From contig JBDRCC010000001.1 in NCBI GenBank assembly GCA_043822065.1, positions 1 to 64,000 on the forward strand: a stretch of DNA of 64,000 nt, given 5' to 3'. Each line of letters starts with the position of its first letter. Position 1 is the first letter of the stretch. A program made the position numbers and the translations under genes. This document shows, in pieces, positions 9,880-20,457 of this stretch. Origin of the DNA: an archaeon (lineage in GTDB: Archaea > Undinarchaeota > CAZHTU01 > JBDRCC01). The notes under the pieces are model-generated. The model worked only from the letters and a program-made list of their open reading frames with translations. It searched no databases and was not told where the DNA came from.

Positions 9880-10718
9880 GTTATAAGATAACCAGAAAGC
9901 GAGAGCTAAACAAGGACATAACTGAAATGGACATAGATGCGCCGCTCGTCGCCAAAAAGGCGGAGGCGGGGCAGTTCATCATTCTGATGGTTGACCGGAC
10001 TGGAGAGAGGATTCCCTTGACGGTCAAAGACGCGAATCCATCCAAGGGAACAGTCACCATAGTTTTCATGAAGGTCGGAAAGACGACCAAGCAGCTTGGC
10101 TCCATGAACGAGGGGGACAGCGTATTCAGCTTTGTCGGTCCGCTTGGGCACCCATTCCAGGACGAGGAGTACGGGCACGTAGTCTGCATTGGCGGAGGCG
10201 TCGGCATTGCGCCGATTTACCCGATTGCAAAGGCGCTGAAGGGCAAAAACAAGGTGACGTCAATCCTTGGCGCGCGCTCGAAAGACCTGCTTATTCTGGA
10301 AGAGGACATGAAATCAGTAAGCGGCGAGGTTATCGTGATGACCGACGACGGCAGCTACGGCAGGAAAGGCTTGGTCACTGACGCGGAAAGGGAGCTGCTG
10401 CAAAAGGGCGGCGTGGATTTGATAATTGCAATAGGCCCGGTCGTAATGATGAAGTACTGCGCCAAGGTTGCGAAGGAGTTTGGGGTGAGGTCAATAGTCA
10501 GCCTGGACTCGATAATGATTGACGGGACTGGAATGTGCGGCGGGTGCCGGGTGATGGTAGGCGGAAAAGCGAAGTTCACCTGCACGGACGGGCCGCATTT
10601 CGATGGCGACCAGATAGACTTTGACGAACTCATGCTAAGGAAGAAGGCGTACATACGCCAGGAAAAAGAGTCGCTTGAAATGCACGAGGGGAGGTGCAGA
10701 ATTGGCCTCACGGACTAA
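9876..10718 (+). CDS. sudB: NfnA/SudB small subunit (FAD, 2Fe-2S)
   Basis: ERIPLT, GGGVGIAP, MIDGTGMCGGCRV..CTDGP. Confidence 0.92.
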   Translation: MSYKITRKRELNKDITEMDIDAPLVAKKAEAGQFIILMVDRTGERIPLTVKDANPSKGTVTIVFMKVGKTTKQLGSMNEGDSVFSFVGPLGHPFQDEEYGHVVCIGGGVGIAPIYPIAKALKGKNKVTSILGARSKDLLILEEDMKSVSGEVIVMTDDGSYGRKGLVTDAERELLQKGGVDLIIAIGPVVMMKYCAKVAKEFGVRSIVSLDSIMIDGTGMCGGCRVMVGGKAKFTCTDGPHFDGDQIDFDELMLRKKAYIRQEKESLEMHEGRCRIGLTD

Positions 10719-12063
10719 GATGCCAGAGCAGGAGCCGGAGAAAAGGGGCACGAACTTCGAGGAGGTAAACCTGGGGCTCTCCAAAGACGCGGCAATTGCG
10801 GAGGCATCGCGCTGCATCCAGTGCAAGAACCCGCAGTGCGTAACCGGGTGCCCAGCCGGGCTGAAGATACCCCAGTTCATAAAGGCAGTAAAAGATGGGA
10901 AGTTCGATGACGGGCTCGCCATAATGGAGGAAGACAGCCTGCTTCCTGCCGTCTGCGGAAGAGTCTGCCCGCAGGAAACGCAGTGCGAGGCGAAGTGCGT
11001 CCTTGGCATAAGGGGAGAGCCGGTTGCGATAGGCTATCTTGAAAGGTTCCTGGCAGACCATGGAAAGCCAGGCACGGGTGACGGAAAGCCGACGGGCAAA
11101 AAGGTCGCGGTGATAGGCTCCGGGCCGGCTGGGCTGATGGCTGCAAGCGAGCTTGCGAAGAAGGACTACAAGGTTACTGTTTTTGAGGCGCTGCACGAGC
11201 TTGGTGGGGTGCTGAGGTACGGCATACCGGCGTTCAGGATGCCAAAGGACATTCTGGATAGTACGATTGCTGACATAAGAACGCTTGGTGTGGAGTTCAG
11301 GACTGACGTGGTCGCCGGGAGGACTATAACGGTTGATGAGCTGTTTGACGAGGGTTATGAGGCAGTCTTCATCGGGAGCGGCGCTGGGGCGCCGATGATG
11401 CTTGGAATCCAGGGAGAAAACCTCAACGGCGTGATGACTGCAAACGAGTTCCTGACAAGGTGCAACCTGATGCAGTCCTACAAGTTCCCTGAGTACGACA
11501 CCCCGGTGATAAAGGCGAGAAAGGTCGCAGTGATAGGCGGCGGAAACGTTGCGATGGACTCGGCGCGCTGCTACAAACGGCTCGGAGCAGACGTGACCGT
11601 GGTCTACAGGAGAACTGAAAAGGAGATGCCTGCGCGGGTCGAAGAGGTAAAGCACGCTAAGGAGGAGGGAATCAAATTCCATTTCCTAACCATACCGCTT
11701 GAGATAAAGGGCGAGAGCGGCTGGGTCAAGGGGATAAGGTGCCAGGCTACCGAGCTGAAGGAGATAAACGGCAAACAGCGGCCGGTCCCTATTGAGGGCA
11801 GCGAGTTTGAGATAGAGGCGGACGCGATTGTAACTGCAATCGGGCAGGTCTGCAACAGGCTTATCCAAGATACTACTAAGGGGATTGACACGGACGAGAA
11901 GTCGCACATACAGGTTGACGCTAACGGAAAAACCTCAAGGGAGGGCGTCTTCGCAGGGGGGGACATAACCACTGGCGCGGCGACTGTTATCCAGGCAATA
12001 GGCGCCGGCAAGATTGCTGCCGCTGCGATGGATGAATACCTGAAAAACAAGCAGCCGGATTAA
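10702..12063 (+). CDS. sudA: NfnB/SudA large subunit (GltD-like)
   Basis: [37 protein letters not shown]; TTG start chosen after GGAGGTG. Confidence 0.92.
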   Translation: MASRTKMPEQEPEKRGTNFEEVNLGLSKDAAIAEASRCIQCKNPQCVTGCPAGLKIPQFIKAVKDGKFDDGLAIMEEDSLLPAVCGRVCPQETQCEAKCVLGIRGEPVAIGYLERFLADHGKPGTGDGKPTGKKVAVIGSGPAGLMAASELAKKDYKVTVFEALHELGGVLRYGIPAFRMPKDILDSTIADIRTLGVEFRTDVVAGRTITVDELFDEGYEAVFIGSGAGAPMMLGIQGENLNGVMTANEFLTRCNLMQSYKFPEYDTPVIKARKVAVIGGGNVAMDSARCYKRLGADVTVVYRRTEKEMPARVEEVKHAKEEGIKFHFLTIPLEIKGESGWVKGIRCQATELKEINGKQRPVPIEGSEFEIEADAIVTAIGQVCNRLIQDTTKGIDTDEKSHIQVDANGKTSREGVFAGGDITTGAATVIQAIGAGKIAAAAMDEYLKNKQPD

Positions 12064-12203
12064 GCCTTTACGTCTTTGTGCTTCATCCTCAGGCCGGAGT
12101 AATTGCATTTCCTGCAGGTCGTCGCCCTGACTGGGTTTTTAGCATTGCATTTCCTGCAGATCTTCATGCCAAACAGCCTTGCTTCAGCTTCGGGGAATCC
12201 CAT
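12060..12203 (-). CDS. rpl40e: 50S ribosomal protein eL40 (not in ORF track)
   Basis: Manual translation [47 protein letters not shown], matching the eL40 KICxxCxAxNPxxAxxCRKC pattern. Confidence 0.95.
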   Translation of the reverse strand: MGFPEAEARLFGMKICRKCNAKNPVRATTCRKCNYSGLRMKHKDVKA

Positions 12204-12349
12204 GTTGGGGATATAGTAGACGGCTGCCTTTTAAACTTTTTCGCCAACGTTTCCACGGCGAGTCTAGCTCGCCGGGGCCCCAAGGATTGCATCCTTGTGG
12301 TTGCCGAGCGAAGCGAAGGAAAAAGGTTGTTTTAAACCTTTTCGTCGGC

Positions 12350-13669
12350 TCAGAACAGTGAAGAGAAAAGCCGCTTGATGGATTCTATAATCCCGGAGAT
12401 AATGCTCGCAGGTGAGGCTCCGCCGCGGACTGAGCCGCCGGAGGACATGGTCGGGTCAACATCTATCTTGGCCTTCTTCTCCTCTGCAATGTTGTGGACT
12501 ACTGTTTCAAAGGAGTAGATGTAACCCTCGTCCAAGCCTTCTGGGGGCTGGAGGGTATAGGAAACATCCTTTGCCCCGGAACATGTCCAGATGAGGGCTG
12601 AGGGCTTGCCTAGCGTGAGCTTAAGGTTCGGGGTGGAGGGGTCTTTGTCTTCATACACTATATTCAGCTCGGAGGCTATGCAGCTTTGGGAGGATAGCTC
12701 GGCGCCGAGCTTAACGGAACTGGCTGGGGAAATCCTTGACTCTTTGGGGGAAAGGATAATCTTTTGTACCGGCTGCGCAAATTCTGACGAGTCCAGTATC
12801 TCTATTGTGTAAGCCAGTGGCTTCAAGTCAGGCTCAAATGTCCTTGGCTTCCAGCTAAGAACGGAAAGGAATTTTTCCTGGTCTGGGCCGTGGGCAAATT
12901 TGATGTGCGTAGCATCCACATACCCATACTCGCCGTATGTCGGGTCAAACGGCACCCATTCCCCAAAGTAGACTTCCGCCCAGCCGTGGTTGTACCAGTC
13001 AGCCTCGCCGCCGCTGTCAACCCCGAAAATCCCGTATGTGATGCCTGAGACGTAGCGCGCAGGGATGCCAAGCGAGCGGACCATTGCTATGAAAAGGTGG
13101 GAGAACTCATCGCATGTGCCCTTCCGGTCCCGCAGGACGGCATCTGCAGGCTCTATTATGGAGCCATAAGACAGCGTGTATTCTATGTTCTGGTTTATCC
13201 AGTAGGCTATCCGTGAAACTGCGTCGAAGGCATTTTCCGAGCCATCGGTTATTTCGCGCGCCTTCTGGGCTATCTCAGGGGTGATTGGGGCGTATTTTGT
13301 TGCTGCAAGGTACTCTGGATAGTCCTCTGGCGCGTATGGAAACGCAGGCGGGACGCTAATGGAGTTGACTGCAGCTTTGTTCTTTACCCTCAGTGAGAGC
13401 GAGTAGGATAGGTCGTTCGTAGACTCCCATTCCCTAACCAGATAGGTGTTGCCATAGGCATCTATCCCTTTTACATACTCGACCGGCGAGAGAACAGTCA
13501 CTTGTGCCACCGGAAACTCGTAAGAGGTGAACGTCGCGCTTGAAATTTCCCGCTCGGCAGTTAGTGTTCTGGTAAAGTCTATCCTTACGTCGATCTCCTG
13601 TGTCTTTGGGGAGTCTATAGCAAATACGCAGGAGGCGAACAGGAGCAATGCGAATAGTGCGTATTTCAT
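12350..13669 (-). CDS. Secreted transglutaminase-like protein
   Basis: Signal peptide [17 protein letters not shown]; triad GTCDEF / HGWAEVY / FDPT; start overlaps the pyrG stop. Confidence 0.88.
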   Translation of the reverse strand: MKYALFALLLFASCVFAIDSPKTQEIDVRIDFTRTLTAEREISSATFTSYEFPVAQVTVLSPVEYVKGIDAYGNTYLVREWESTNDLSYSLSLRVKNKAAVNSISVPPAFPYAPEDYPEYLAATKYAPITPEIAQKAREITDGSENAFDAVSRIAYWINQNIEYTLSYGSIIEPADAVLRDRKGTCDEFSHLFIAMVRSLGIPARYVSGITYGIFGVDSGGEADWYNHGWAEVYFGEWVPFDPTYGEYGYVDATHIKFAHGPDQEKFLSVLSWKPRTFEPDLKPLAYTIEILDSSEFAQPVQKIILSPKESRISPASSVKLGAELSSQSCIASELNIVYEDKDPSTPNLKLTLGKPSALIWTCSGAKDVSYTLQPPEGLDEGYIYSFETVVHNIAEEKKAKIDVDPTMSSGGSVRGGASPASIISGIIESIKRLFSSLF

Positions 13670-15261
13670 TTTTTCTTGGAAGCGGCTTTCAGGAACCCAA
13701 GGAAAAGCGGGAGCGGCTTTTCGAACTTTGACTTGAATTCTGGGTGGAACTGGGATGCGACAAAGAAGTCGTTTTTCGGGCATTCACATATCTCCATCAC
13801 TGGGCTCTGGGGGTTGCGCCCTGAGAAAACCAGCCCGGCGTTTTCAAGCTGGCCTATGTAGTCGGGATTTATCTCATACCTGTGCCTGTGGCGCTCGGAT
13901 ATCCTTGCCCGCCCATAAAGCCTCTTCACAAGGGAGCCCTGCTTGAGGTCGGCAGGGTAAGCGCCTAGCCGCATTGTGCCGCCCATCTTAAGTATGCTCT
14001 TCTGCTCAGGCAGGATGTCGACGACAGGGAACGGCGTCTTTTTGTCGAGCTCGGTTGAGTTCGCGTTCTTTAAGCCGGCTGCATTCCGCGAGTACTCGAC
14101 GACTGCAAGCTGCATCCCAAAGCAGAGCCCCAGGTAGGGGATGTTGTTCTCCCTTGCGTATTTTATCGCCATTATCTTCCCTTCGGTGCCGCGCTTCCCG
14201 AAGCCCCCTGGAACGATTATTCCGTCCACGCCTTTCAGGGTTGAGAGCTTTGACTTGTCCTTTTCGAACTCTTCCGTGTCCACCCAGAGGATGTCCACGT
14301 CCAGGCCAAGCTCCGCAGCCGCATGCGTGAGCGACGCCTCGATGCTGACGTAGGCGTCGTGGAGCTTCATGTATTTGCCAGTCATGGCAATGGTGACCTT
14401 CTTTTTTGGGAATTTGAGCCGGTTGACCCTCTGCTTCCAGTTCTTGAGGTTCGAGCGCCTTGACTTGAGGTGGAACTTGCGAAGGATGACTTCGCCGACC
14501 TTTTGGGCGTCTAGGACAAGCGGCACCTCGTAAATGCTTTCCATGTCCGGGTCGCTGATTACTGCCTCCTCCTTCACATTGCAGAAGAGTGCGATTTTCT
14601 TCTTGGTCTTCTCTTGAAGGGGCTCCTCTGCCCTGCAGATTATCATGTCCGGCTCAACGCCTGCCTCGCGGAGCATCCTAACGGAGTGCTGGGTCGGCTT
14701 TGTCTTTTGCTCCCCGACGACGTCCATCTGGGGGACCAGCGTCAGGTGGCAGACCATGACGTTTCCCGGCTCCTGCGACTTCATCTGGCGGATTGCCTCG
14801 ACGAAGGGCATGGACTCAATGTCGCCGACCGTGCCGCCGAGCTCGACGATTGATATGTCTGCTTTGGACTTCCTGGAGACGCACTTTATCGTGTCGACTA
14901 TCTCGTTGATTATGTGGGGGATTACCTGGACGGTCTGCCCGAGGTAGTCCCCGCGGCGCTCCTTGTCCAGGACGGACTGGTAGATTTTGCCGGTAGTGAT
15001 GTTGTGCTCGCCGGTGAGCTTGACGTCCAGGAACCGCTCATAGTGGCCAAAGTCCATGTCGACCTCTGCGCCGTCGTCGAGGACAAATACCTCGCCGTGC
15101 TCTATTGGGTTCATGGTGCCGGCGTCCTGGTTGAGGTAGGGGTCAATCTTTATCGTGGTGACCTTGTACCCCTTGGATTCCAGTATCTTGCCGACAGAAG
15201 CAGAGACAATACCCTTGCCAAGACCGCTCAAAACCCCACCGGTAATAATCAAGTATTTCAT
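13666..15261 (-). CDS. pyrG: CTP synthase
   Basis: [32 protein letters not shown]. Confidence 0.98.
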   Translation of the reverse strand: MKYLIITGGVLSGLGKGIVSASVGKILESKGYKVTTIKIDPYLNQDAGTMNPIEHGEVFVLDDGAEVDMDFGHYERFLDVKLTGEHNITTGKIYQSVLDKERRGDYLGQTVQVIPHIINEIVDTIKCVSRKSKADISIVELGGTVGDIESMPFVEAIRQMKSQEPGNVMVCHLTLVPQMDVVGEQKTKPTQHSVRMLREAGVEPDMIICRAEEPLQEKTKKKIALFCNVKEEAVISDPDMESIYEVPLVLDAQKVGEVILRKFHLKSRRSNLKNWKQRVNRLKFPKKKVTIAMTGKYMKLHDAYVSIEASLTHAAAELGLDVDILWVDTEEFEKDKSKLSTLKGVDGIIVPGGFGKRGTEGKIMAIKYARENNIPYLGLCFGMQLAVVEYSRNAAGLKNANSTELDKKTPFPVVDILPEQKSILKMGGTMRLGAYPADLKQGSLVKRLYGRARISERHRHRYEINPDYIGQLENAGLVFSGRNPQSPVMEICECPKNDFFVASQFHPEFKSKFEKPLPLFLGFLKAASKKK

Positions 15262-15313
15262 AGCACCAATGGAAGATTAACATGCGTAGAGTTATTTATA
15301 CAGTTTTCTGAAA

Positions 15314-17095
15314 TCACTCGACTGTGACTGATTTTGCAAGGTTTCGCGGCTTGTCAGGGTCAAGGCCTTTCAGGACTGCGGCGTGGTAGGCTATAAGCTG
15401 GAGCGGGACGATATAGGTCAGCGGGGAGAGGTATTCGTTGGTGAATGGTATCTTGATTGCATTCTTGAGCTCCTTGTTGTCAGGGTCAGTTATCGGGATT
15501 GCGACCGCTCCGCGCGCGAGCGCCTCCTCCATGTTCGACTTTGTCTTCTCGTACATCGGGCCGTGCGGGCAGAGGACGAAGAGCGGAATCCCTTTGCCAA
15601 TGAGGGCAAGAGGGCCGTGCTTGAGCTCGCCTGCGGGGAAGCCCTCGGCATGCACGTAGGCTATCTCCTTAAGCTTAAGGGCGCCCTCTAGGGCGACAGG
15701 GTACATCATCCCGCGCCCGATGAAGAAAAAGCCCTGCTTGTTTATGTTTGAGGCAATAATCTTTTTGAATTCCTGCTCGCGCTCGAGTATCTTCTCTATC
15801 GCCTTCGGCACCTTCTTGAGGTCTGGGATAAAATTCACAGGCTTGCCGTTTAGCTTGGCGAGGTGTGAAATCAGTACGTAGAAGACGACAAGCTGGGCGA
15901 TGAACGTCTTGGTTGCGACGACGCCGACTTCAGGCCCGGCGTAGGTGTACATGTTTATGCCGCACTCGCGGGTTATCGAGCTGCCGAGGACGTTTGTTAT
16001 CGAGAATGTCCGCGCGACCTTTTTCTTTGCAAACCGTACCGCTGCAAGGGTGTCCGCCGTCTCCCCTGACTGTGTTATTGCAAGGACTGCACAGCTCTTG
16101 TCCAAGACGTTGCCGACAGAATTTATGAATTCGGAAGAGATGACAACTTCGGTCGGGATGCCGAGGAACTTCTCAAAGAGGTACTTGCCGACCAGGCCGG
16201 CATGGTGCGAACTCCCCGCAGCGGTGATGTAGAGCCGCTTTATCCCTTTGAACTTTTTGGCAGCTTCACGGAGCTCTGCCGCGCTTCGGAGGGTGTCGGA
16301 GACGACGGTAGGCTGCTCGTGTATCTCCTTTAGTGTGAAGTGGGTAAATCCTGCCTTTTCCGCCTGGGTATGGCTCCAGTTTATCGTGACCGGAATGGCG
16401 TTTACCTTTTTTCCGGAAGAGATTGAGTAGATGGATATTTTTTCCTTTTCAAGGACAGCGTAGTCTCCGTCGCGCAGGTAGATTACGCGCCGGGTGTGCT
16501 TGATAAAAGCAGGGATGTCAGAAGCTGCGAAATTTTCCCCTTTGCCTACGCCCAAAACAAGCGGTGAGAAGTTCCTTGCGACGATTATCTTTTCCGGCTC
16601 CCTTCTTGAGAGGAAAGCCACCGCGTAGCTTCCCCTGACCTGCCGAAGGGCGAGGCGGACTGCAGACTCAAAGCCCGTGTCGAGGTATTTTTCCACTAGG
16701 TGGGAGAATATTTCAGTATCGGTCTCGCTCCGGAACTTGCTCCCTTCATTCTGGAGTTTTGACTTCAATTCGGAGTAGTTCTCGATTATGCCGTTGTGGA
16801 CGGTCACGATGATATTTTTCGGACCGAAGTGCGGGTGCGCGTTGAGCTTGTTCGGGAGCCCGTGAGTAGCCCATCGGGTGTGCGCGATTCCAGCTGTCCC
16901 TGGCAGGTCGGAGAGGTTCAGCTTCTGGTCAATTTCGCTTATTTTGCCCTGGTCCTTCTTTATCGTTATCTTGTTCTTTTCAGAAATCGTGGCGATGCCG
17001 GCGGAGTCATAGCCGCGGTACTCGAGCTTCTTCAGCGCGTTCAGGAGCAGCGGCGCAGCCTTTTGCCCCCCAATATAGGCTATTATTCCGCACAT
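15314..17095 (-). CDS. glmS: Glutamine--fructose-6-phosphate aminotransferase
   Basis: MCGI start, HTRWATHG, QSGETADT, KHGP, PRNLAKSVTVE. Confidence 0.98.
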   Translation of the reverse strand: MCGIIAYIGGQKAAPLLLNALKKLEYRGYDSAGIATISEKNKITIKKDQGKISEIDQKLNLSDLPGTAGIAHTRWATHGLPNKLNAHPHFGPKNIIVTVHNGIIENYSELKSKLQNEGSKFRSETDTEIFSHLVEKYLDTGFESAVRLALRQVRGSYAVAFLSRREPEKIIVARNFSPLVLGVGKGENFAASDIPAFIKHTRRVIYLRDGDYAVLEKEKISIYSISSGKKVNAIPVTINWSHTQAEKAGFTHFTLKEIHEQPTVVSDTLRSAAELREAAKKFKGIKRLYITAAGSSHHAGLVGKYLFEKFLGIPTEVVISSEFINSVGNVLDKSCAVLAITQSGETADTLAAVRFAKKKVARTFSITNVLGSSITRECGINMYTYAGPEVGVVATKTFIAQLVVFYVLISHLAKLNGKPVNFIPDLKKVPKAIEKILEREQEFKKIIASNINKQGFFFIGRGMMYPVALEGALKLKEIAYVHAEGFPAGELKHGPLALIGKGIPLFVLCPHGPMYEKTKSNMEEALARGAVAIPITDPDNKELKNAIKIPFTNEYLSPLTYIVPLQLIAYHAAVLKGLDPDKPRNLAKSVTVE

Positions 17096-17149
17096 GTCTG
17101 GAATTGAAGTAAGGAAAATTAATATAGTCTTCTATTTTTAGGATTATCC

Positions 17150-17761
17150 ATGTACTCGCAGAAATTTGTGCTTGACACGACGGCCTTCACGAACGCGACT
17201 TCGCCGAAAAAGTCAAAGGACGTCCTCCAGTACACCAAGAAGCTTGTAAAGATAGTGGCTGACGCGAGGGTGAAGCTCGGGGTAACCTGCTATATCCCGT
17301 ATCCGATGGCTTACAACGAGCTGGTCGCCTGCTTGAAGATGCGGGATGCCAAGGAGGCGCAGCTGATAGACCTAGACACATGGTTCATCAAGAAGACCCC
17401 GAACAGGTACGAGGTCAAGCTAAGCTCGGAGATATTCTACGAATATATAGGGGATATACGAGAGCGCATGAACAAGGGGCTCAGGCTTGCCGAAGATGCT
17501 GTCAAGGAGGCGTCCAGGAAAAAAGACCATGCGCCGCTGATAACCATACTCAGGGACAAGTATAAGTCCGCCCTCCGGGAAGGCGTGCTGGACAGCCGCG
17601 AGGACCTTGATGTCCTCCTGCTGGCTAAGGAGCTTAACGCGGGTGTGGTGACGGCTGACGAAGGCATGATAAAATGGGCAGAGAAAATGGGGCTTGAGAT
17701 AATACCTGCGAACAGGTTCCCGAAAATACTCCAGGACCAGCTCGACATGAGCGAGAAATAA
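17150..17761 (+). CDS. HARP, protein-only RNase P homologue (PIN_5 family)
   Basis: FVLDTTAF, RERMNKGLRLAE, LREGVLDSREDLDVLLLAKEL, DEG. Confidence 0.88.
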   Translation: MYSQKFVLDTTAFTNATSPKKSKDVLQYTKKLVKIVADARVKLGVTCYIPYPMAYNELVACLKMRDAKEAQLIDLDTWFIKKTPNRYEVKLSSEIFYEYIGDIRERMNKGLRLAEDAVKEASRKKDHAPLITILRDKYKSALREGVLDSREDLDVLLLAKELNAGVVTADEGMIKWAEKMGLEIIPANRFPKILQDQLDMSEK

Positions 17762-18859
17762 TCAATCGGACGCATATTCGCCGTTGAGGAAATTTTTTAT
17801 CCTGTCTTGTGTTGAGATGAACCGCTTCCGGATTGTCAGGCGGTTTCCACTTATCTCTTTTTCAGAGTCTATGCCTAAGTGCTCGAGGTGCTCTGCAAAC
17901 TCGGCAAGCACATCCGGGTCTGCTTCGACCGTAGTGTCCTCAGTGAGCCTCTTGCCAGATGCGACATTGTTTATCGATTCGAGCATCGGCTCGAGGACTG
18001 CTTTTCCAATCCTCAGGGCGCGCGCGTCGCGCTCGCTTTGGGTGCGGTCGAACTCGTAGGACTGGAAGCCCTCGCGAATAAGCCGCCTGAAGAAGAAGTC
18101 ATGGCCGTACTCAAATGGGAAATGGAACGCCGAAGACACGTCGGAGATGTTCGCCCGAGGGAATATGTATTTTGCCTGCTCGGACATGTCCTCCGTCTTG
18201 AAAACCATGCCCTCCCGGTTCTGCCCGTCGAGCTTTTTTATGAGGGAGTAGACCTTCCCAAGCTCATTCGGCTTGAAGCTGCCGAGGTATGGAACCATCT
18301 TCAGCCCGTGCGTTTCACTAAGCCGCCTCTTTTCAGAGAATTTGACTGGCTTGCCGGACTCTTTTTGCCGTATGTCGAAGATGAAGAGCTCTGCATTTTT
18401 GACTTCGGGGTAGTCGTGCGTCACATGCGGGTTGAGCGGGCCTGCTATTTCCCCGCAGAGGACAAGGTCGTTTTCCCTGAAAAAGCTGGCGGTTTTTGCC
18501 GTTGCAAGGTCTGTAGAGAACGGGCAGATGAGCCCGCCGCGGGTTATTGCATAAACCTCTTCTCCGACCTTTGCAACCCGGACATTGTATCCATCGATTT
18601 TTTCCTCAATGTGGAAACCTTTTGGAAACTTGACCGTTAGCCCTGATTTCAGGTATAGGATGCGGCGTATTTTAGGGACGCCGCGGATGATTTCATTGTT
18701 GTCGAAGATGACAGTCCCCTTTTCGATGTGGTGGAGCTCCTTCCTGAACGCAAGATATTTTGTTTTCCCGCAAGTGACTGCAGATATCCCATGGCGTATC
18801 CTCTGCCTAAGGTATTTTTCCTCAATGCCAAGCTTTGCAGCAGCTGCAGATATGTCCAT
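17762..18859 (-). CDS. ATP-dependent RNA ligase, Rnl3/Pab1020 family
   Basis: Motif I EEKIDGYNVR, TRGGLICPF, REGMVFK, FFFRRLIREGFQ. Confidence 0.9.
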   Translation of the reverse strand: MDISAAAAKLGIEEKYLRQRIRHGISAVTCGKTKYLAFRKELHHIEKGTVIFDNNEIIRGVPKIRRILYLKSGLTVKFPKGFHIEEKIDGYNVRVAKVGEEVYAITRGGLICPFSTDLATAKTASFFRENDLVLCGEIAGPLNPHVTHDYPEVKNAELFIFDIRQKESGKPVKFSEKRRLSETHGLKMVPYLGSFKPNELGKVYSLIKKLDGQNREGMVFKTEDMSEQAKYIFPRANISDVSSAFHFPFEYGHDFFFRRLIREGFQSYEFDRTQSERDARALRIGKAVLEPMLESINNVASGKRLTEDTTVEADPDVLAEFAEHLEHLGIDSEKEISGNRLTIRKRFISTQDRIKNFLNGEYASD

Positions 18860-18895
18860 GGAAGAAATAAAGAAAAGGTTGTATAAAAGGGATAG

Positions 18896-19303
18896 CTAAA
18901 GCGGCCTGAACTTGTAGCCGTAGTAGATTACGCCTTCCGCGCCGTCAGTTGATATCCGCTTGAAGACTGCCTGCACAGGCATCCCGATTTTTACCTCGTC
19001 AAGGTTGCAGTCGATGACCTGGCCGGTTATGGACGTGCCCTCCTCGAGCTCGATTATTGCCATTGCGTACGGGGTCTGGCCAGCGAATTCCGGAGGTCCG
19101 ACGTGTATGATTGTGTAGGTTTTTATCTTGCCCTTGCCGGACAGCTCGGCATCTTCCATTATCGTCCTTCCGTCTTTCAGCGCTTCCTTGCAGACCGGGC
19201 AGACTATGCGCGGGGGGAAGAAGACGCCCTTGCATCCCCGGCACCGCGTGCCCATCATCTTGTACCGCTGGGGTATCTCCCGCCAGAACCTTGGAACGCT
19301 CAT
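18896..19303 (-). CDS. DUF35 Zn-ribbon/OB-fold scaffold of the thiolase-HMGS complex
   Basis: WREIPQRY, CxxC..FPPR..CPxC, IYYGYKF; third gene of the operon. Confidence 0.92.
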   Translation of the reverse strand: MSVPRFWREIPQRYKMMGTRCRGCKGVFFPPRIVCPVCKEALKDGRTIMEDAELSGKGKIKTYTIIHVGPPEFAGQTPYAMAIIELEEGTSITGQVIDCNLDEVKIGMPVQAVFKRISTDGAEGVIYYGYKFRPL

Positions 19304-20457
19304 CTTGAGAATATGTGGACGAGGCAGCTTCCACCAGAACCCCCTACATTGTGTGTCATGCCGATTTCAGCTTCCCCGACCTGCCTCTTTCCTGCCTGGT
19401 TGAGGAGCTGCTCCTTAATCTCGAGCACCTGCGCGATTCCTGTCGCGCCTACTGGGTGGCCCTTTGACTTGAGCCCGCCGGATGAGTTTATTGCGATTTT
19501 GCCGTCAAGCGCGGTTTCGCCCTCGAGCGCCGCCCTTCCGCCCTCGCCATTCTCAAAGAAGCCGAGGTCTTCGGTGGCGATTATTTCCGCTATTGAGAAG
19601 CAGTCATGGACTTCAGCCAGGTCTATGTCTTTCGGATGAAGCCCTGCCTGCGTGTAAGCCTGCTTTGACGCGTAGATTGCTGCATTCAGGCTGGTCATTG
19701 TGGGCCTCCCGTGCAGTGCGATTGTGTCGGTTGCGTGGCCAGAGCCCAATATCCAGACCGGAGAGTCGGAGAGCTCCTTCGCCTTTTTCTCGCTGGCGAG
19801 TATTACCGCCGCGCCGCCGTCTGAAAGGGGTGAGCAGTGCAGAAGCCTGAGCGGGTCTGCTACCATAGCGGAACGTAGGACTGCATCAATGCTGACCTCG
19901 TACCTGAACTGGGCATGGGGATTCATTGTGCCGTTGTGGTGGCTTTTCGAGGATACTGCTGAGAGCATCTCCTCTGTGGTGCCATATTTGTTCATGTGCG
20001 CCCTTGCCATCATGGCGTAGACGCCTGGGAAAGTCAGCCCGTAGAATGACTCCCATTCCTGGTCGGCTGCCGTCGCAAGGACCTGGGTTGCAGTCTCGGC
20101 ACTGACATCTGTCATCTTTTCGACCCCGCCGACGACCACAATGTCGTGCATCCCGCTTGCGATGTCCAGGTATGCCTGCCTGAGGGCAAGCCCGCCTGAT
20201 GCGCATGCTGATTCGACTCTGACAGAAGGGACTGGCTGGAGGCATGTCGTGTCTGCGAGGAGCGACGCCAGGTGCTCCTGCTTGACGAAGTTTCCGCCGG
20301 ACATGTTGCCGCCGTACAGCGCCTCAATGTCCCTTGTGGTCACGCCAGCGTCCCTCATTGCAAGGACGCCTGCCTCGACGATGAGGTCCCTGAGCGACTT
20401 GTCCCAAAGTTCGCCGAACTTCGTCATTCCAGTGCCAATTACTGCTACCTTGTTCAT
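19300..20457 (-). CDS. Acetoacetyl-CoA thiolase (archaeal type)
   Basis: ESACASG, EVHDCF, GHPVGATG, HNVGGSG. Confidence 0.93.
   Translation of the reverse strand: MNKVAVIGTGMTKFGELWDKSLRDLIVEAGVLAMRDAGVTTRDIEALYGGNMSGGNFVKQEHLASLLADTTCLQPVPSVRVESACASGGLALRQAYLDIASGMHDIVVVGGVEKMTDVSAETATQVLATAADQEWESFYGLTFPGVYAMMARAHMNKYGTTEEMLSAVSSKSHHNGTMNPHAQFRYEVSIDAVLRSAMVADPLRLLHCSPLSDGGAAVILASEKKAKELSDSPVWILGSGHATDTIALHGRPTMTSLNAAIYASKQAYTQAGLHPKDIDLAEVHDCFSIAEIIATEDLGFFENGEGGRAALEGETALDGKIAINSSGGLKSKGHPVGATGIAQVLEIKEQLLNQAGKRQVGEAEIGMTHNVGGSGGSCLVHIFSR

Noticed and set aside
10708-11682. Long antisense ORFs (also 22750-23760, 36453-37313 and others)
   Set aside because: Shadow frames of well-supported GC-rich genes on the opposite strand.
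12078-12361. Plus-strand ORFs of 85 and 60 aa and the 15 bp direct repeat TTGCATTTCCTGCAG
   Set aside because: The ORFs are antisense to or overlap rpl40e; the repeat is simply the two CRKCN motifs of eL40.
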